A DNA stretch of 64,000 nucleotides, taken from sequence record PV357171.2, one strand, 5' to 3'. Under the pieces are notes generated by a model. It was not told where the DNA came from, did not search any database, and was given only the letters and a program-made list of their open reading frames with translations. The translations under genes and the position numbers were made by a program. Below, piece after piece: positions 63,000 to 64,000 of this stretch (position 1 is the first letter of the stretch; each line of letters opens with the position of its first letter). Origin of the DNA: a phage.

Positions 63000-63347
63000 T
63001 TGAAGATGATGAAAAAAGAAGCGTTCTACACTGTCCCAGCAATTAATCTGCTCGGTACTGTACTATTTCAGATTAAGTTCTACCTGCGAGACGACTACAC
63101 TGAAGTGGTAAACGCTATTGTACCTGAGTTCTTCGTAAATAATTTCCAAAAGGACTTTAAGTTCTTTATTGATGATGTTTACGATGGTGTGGTTGATCCG
63201 GCAGTAGCTCCAGCTATATACAATGTATTTAATTCTCTGCCAGATCTAGATTTTGATCTAGGACTTATTGAGTCTGGTGAGATTATCTGGGCACTTAATG
63301 TTCCAGTGACTGGATTCCCTGGTTGGCTGCAAGGTTACGAACTCTAA
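63000..63347 (+). CDS. hypothetical protein
   Basis: 115-aa ORF. Confidence 0.4.
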   Translation: MKMMKKEAFYTVPAINLLGTVLFQIKFYLRDDYTEVVNAIVPEFFVNNFQKDFKFFIDDVYDGVVDPAVAPAIYNVFNSLPDLDFDLGLIESGEIIWALNVPVTGFPGWLQGYEL

Positions 63348-63355
63348 CAAAATTT

Positions 63356-63438
63356 GGATCTGTGGTGGAATTGGCAATACACACCATGCTTAAAACGTGG
63401 CGCTTAAATGATTGAGGGTTCGAGCCCCTCCAGATCCA
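63356..63438 (+). tRNA. type II tRNA-Leu (anticodon UAA)
   Basis: Perfect 7-bp acceptor GGATCTG / CAGATCC, anticodon stem CCATG / CGTGG with loop CTTAAAA, T-arm GAGGG-TTCGAGC-CCCTC, CCA encoded. Confidence 0.75.
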
Positions 63439-63457
63439 CCAAATTAAGGAAGTAAAA

Positions 63458-63580
63458 ATGAAATCTATTAAGAAAGCACTGCGTAAATTTATGTATTGTC
63501 GTTTTCATAGCATCAAGGCTTCAACTAATGGTACTACTTACGATCGCTATGATCCTAAGTTTGGCTTACATTCTAAATAA
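63458..63580 (+). CDS. small hypothetical protein (40 aa), below ORF-track threshold
   Basis: ATG 6 nt after AAGGAAG directly after tRNA-Leu. Confidence 0.3.
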   Translation: MKSIKKALRKFMYCRFHSIKASTNGTTYDRYDPKFGLHSK

Positions 63581-63593
63581 CTGGAGAAAACAA

Positions 63594-63800
63594 ATGGCTA
63601 ATCCTGAAATTACGGCACAACGCTTTATGCTGAAAGGAATTATTGCTGAAGCAGGCATGACAGAAGAAGTTGCAGATTTTCAAAAGCAATTCCTCAATAT
63701 TCTCACTCAAGCCAAAGAGCTAGGAGAGAAAGAACATGGCGCGGCTATTATGGCAATCACATTGGTTGGGCTTGATCTGGCTGAAGAATCAGGAGTTTAA
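63594..63800 (+). CDS. hypothetical protein
   Basis: 68-aa ORF from ATG at 63594 after GGAGA; ORF track extends upstream across a hydrophobic stretch. Confidence 0.4.
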   Translation: MANPEITAQRFMLKGIIAEAGMTEEVADFQKQFLNILTQAKELGEKEHGAAIMAITLVGLDLAEESGV

Positions 63801-63830
63801 CTCCTCCAAGCAGAAATTTTAAAAATGTAC

Positions 63831-63860
63831 TTGCTTTTTACTTAAGATTTCTGCTATAAT
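63831..63860 (+). promoter_or_regulatory. early promoter
   Basis: TTGCTT, 18 bp, TATAAT. Confidence 0.6.
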
Positions 63861-63889
63861 AGTTATATAAGTTGATGAGAGGAATCAGA

Positions 63890-64000
63890 ATGTTAAAACG
63901 TTTTGCAGCAACTGGTATTGAAAGCTCAGTATGTAAATCCTGGGGTGGTTGGGAAGGTGAGATCGAGTGGCTTTATTTCTACAATGTAGAACTTCTTCCA
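63890..64000 (+). CDS. hypothetical protein, 3' end beyond window
   Basis: ATG 8 nt after GAGAGGAATC; ORF open to window end. Confidence 0.4.
   Translation, partial: MLKRFAATGIESSVCKSWGGWEGEIEWLYFYNVELLP

Noticed and set aside
1-64000. CRISPR array, integrase, transposase or prophage attachment site
   Set aside because: No regularly spaced direct repeats with unique spacers and no tyrosine/serine recombinase or DDE motifs; architecture is that of a virulent phage.

Overview
This window reads as a contiguous segment of a T5-like (Demerecviridae / Tequintavirus-type) siphovirus genome, densely coding, with three modules. (1) 1-16.2 kb, + strand: late tail module, comprising the C-terminal Ig-like end of a tail tube protein, two small chaperone-like ORFs, a 1219-aa tape measure protein, Dit, baseplate hub, pb4-like protein, collar protein and two L-shaped tail-fibre genes, the second ending in an S74 intramolecular-chaperone domain. 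(2) 16.3-45.0 kb, - strand: early replication and recombination module, comprising dUTPase, flap endonuclease, SbcC/SbcD-like pair, SF2 helicase, family-A DNA polymerase, primase, DnaB-like helicase, a split NAD-dependent ligase, an origin-binding-protein-like ATPase, a Sir2-like protein, a HAD-like phosphatase, class III RNR NrdD, and several HNH homing endonucleases. (3) 45.3-64 kb, + strand: early nucleotide-metabolism and tRNA module, comprising PhoH, NrdA, NrdB, DHFR, ThyA, RNase H, a NadR-like/PnuC pair, an SPFH protein, a secreted SleB-like hydrolase, more HNH endonucleases and at least four tRNAs. About 24 near-identical sigma70-type promoters (TTGCTN, 17-18 bp, TATAAT, then cATAAATT) punctuate the early regions. 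No CRISPR array, integrase or transposase was seen. The most checkable oddities are a +1 frame break at a G5 run in the second tail-fibre gene, a 450-bp ORF-free promoter-driven region upstream of the origin-binding-like gene, a hairpin abutting the RBS of the TTG-initiated DNA polymerase gene, and an NAD-related gene set (NadR-like, PnuC, Sir2). All calls are from reading the sequence and ORF track by eye; no database search or RNA folding was run.
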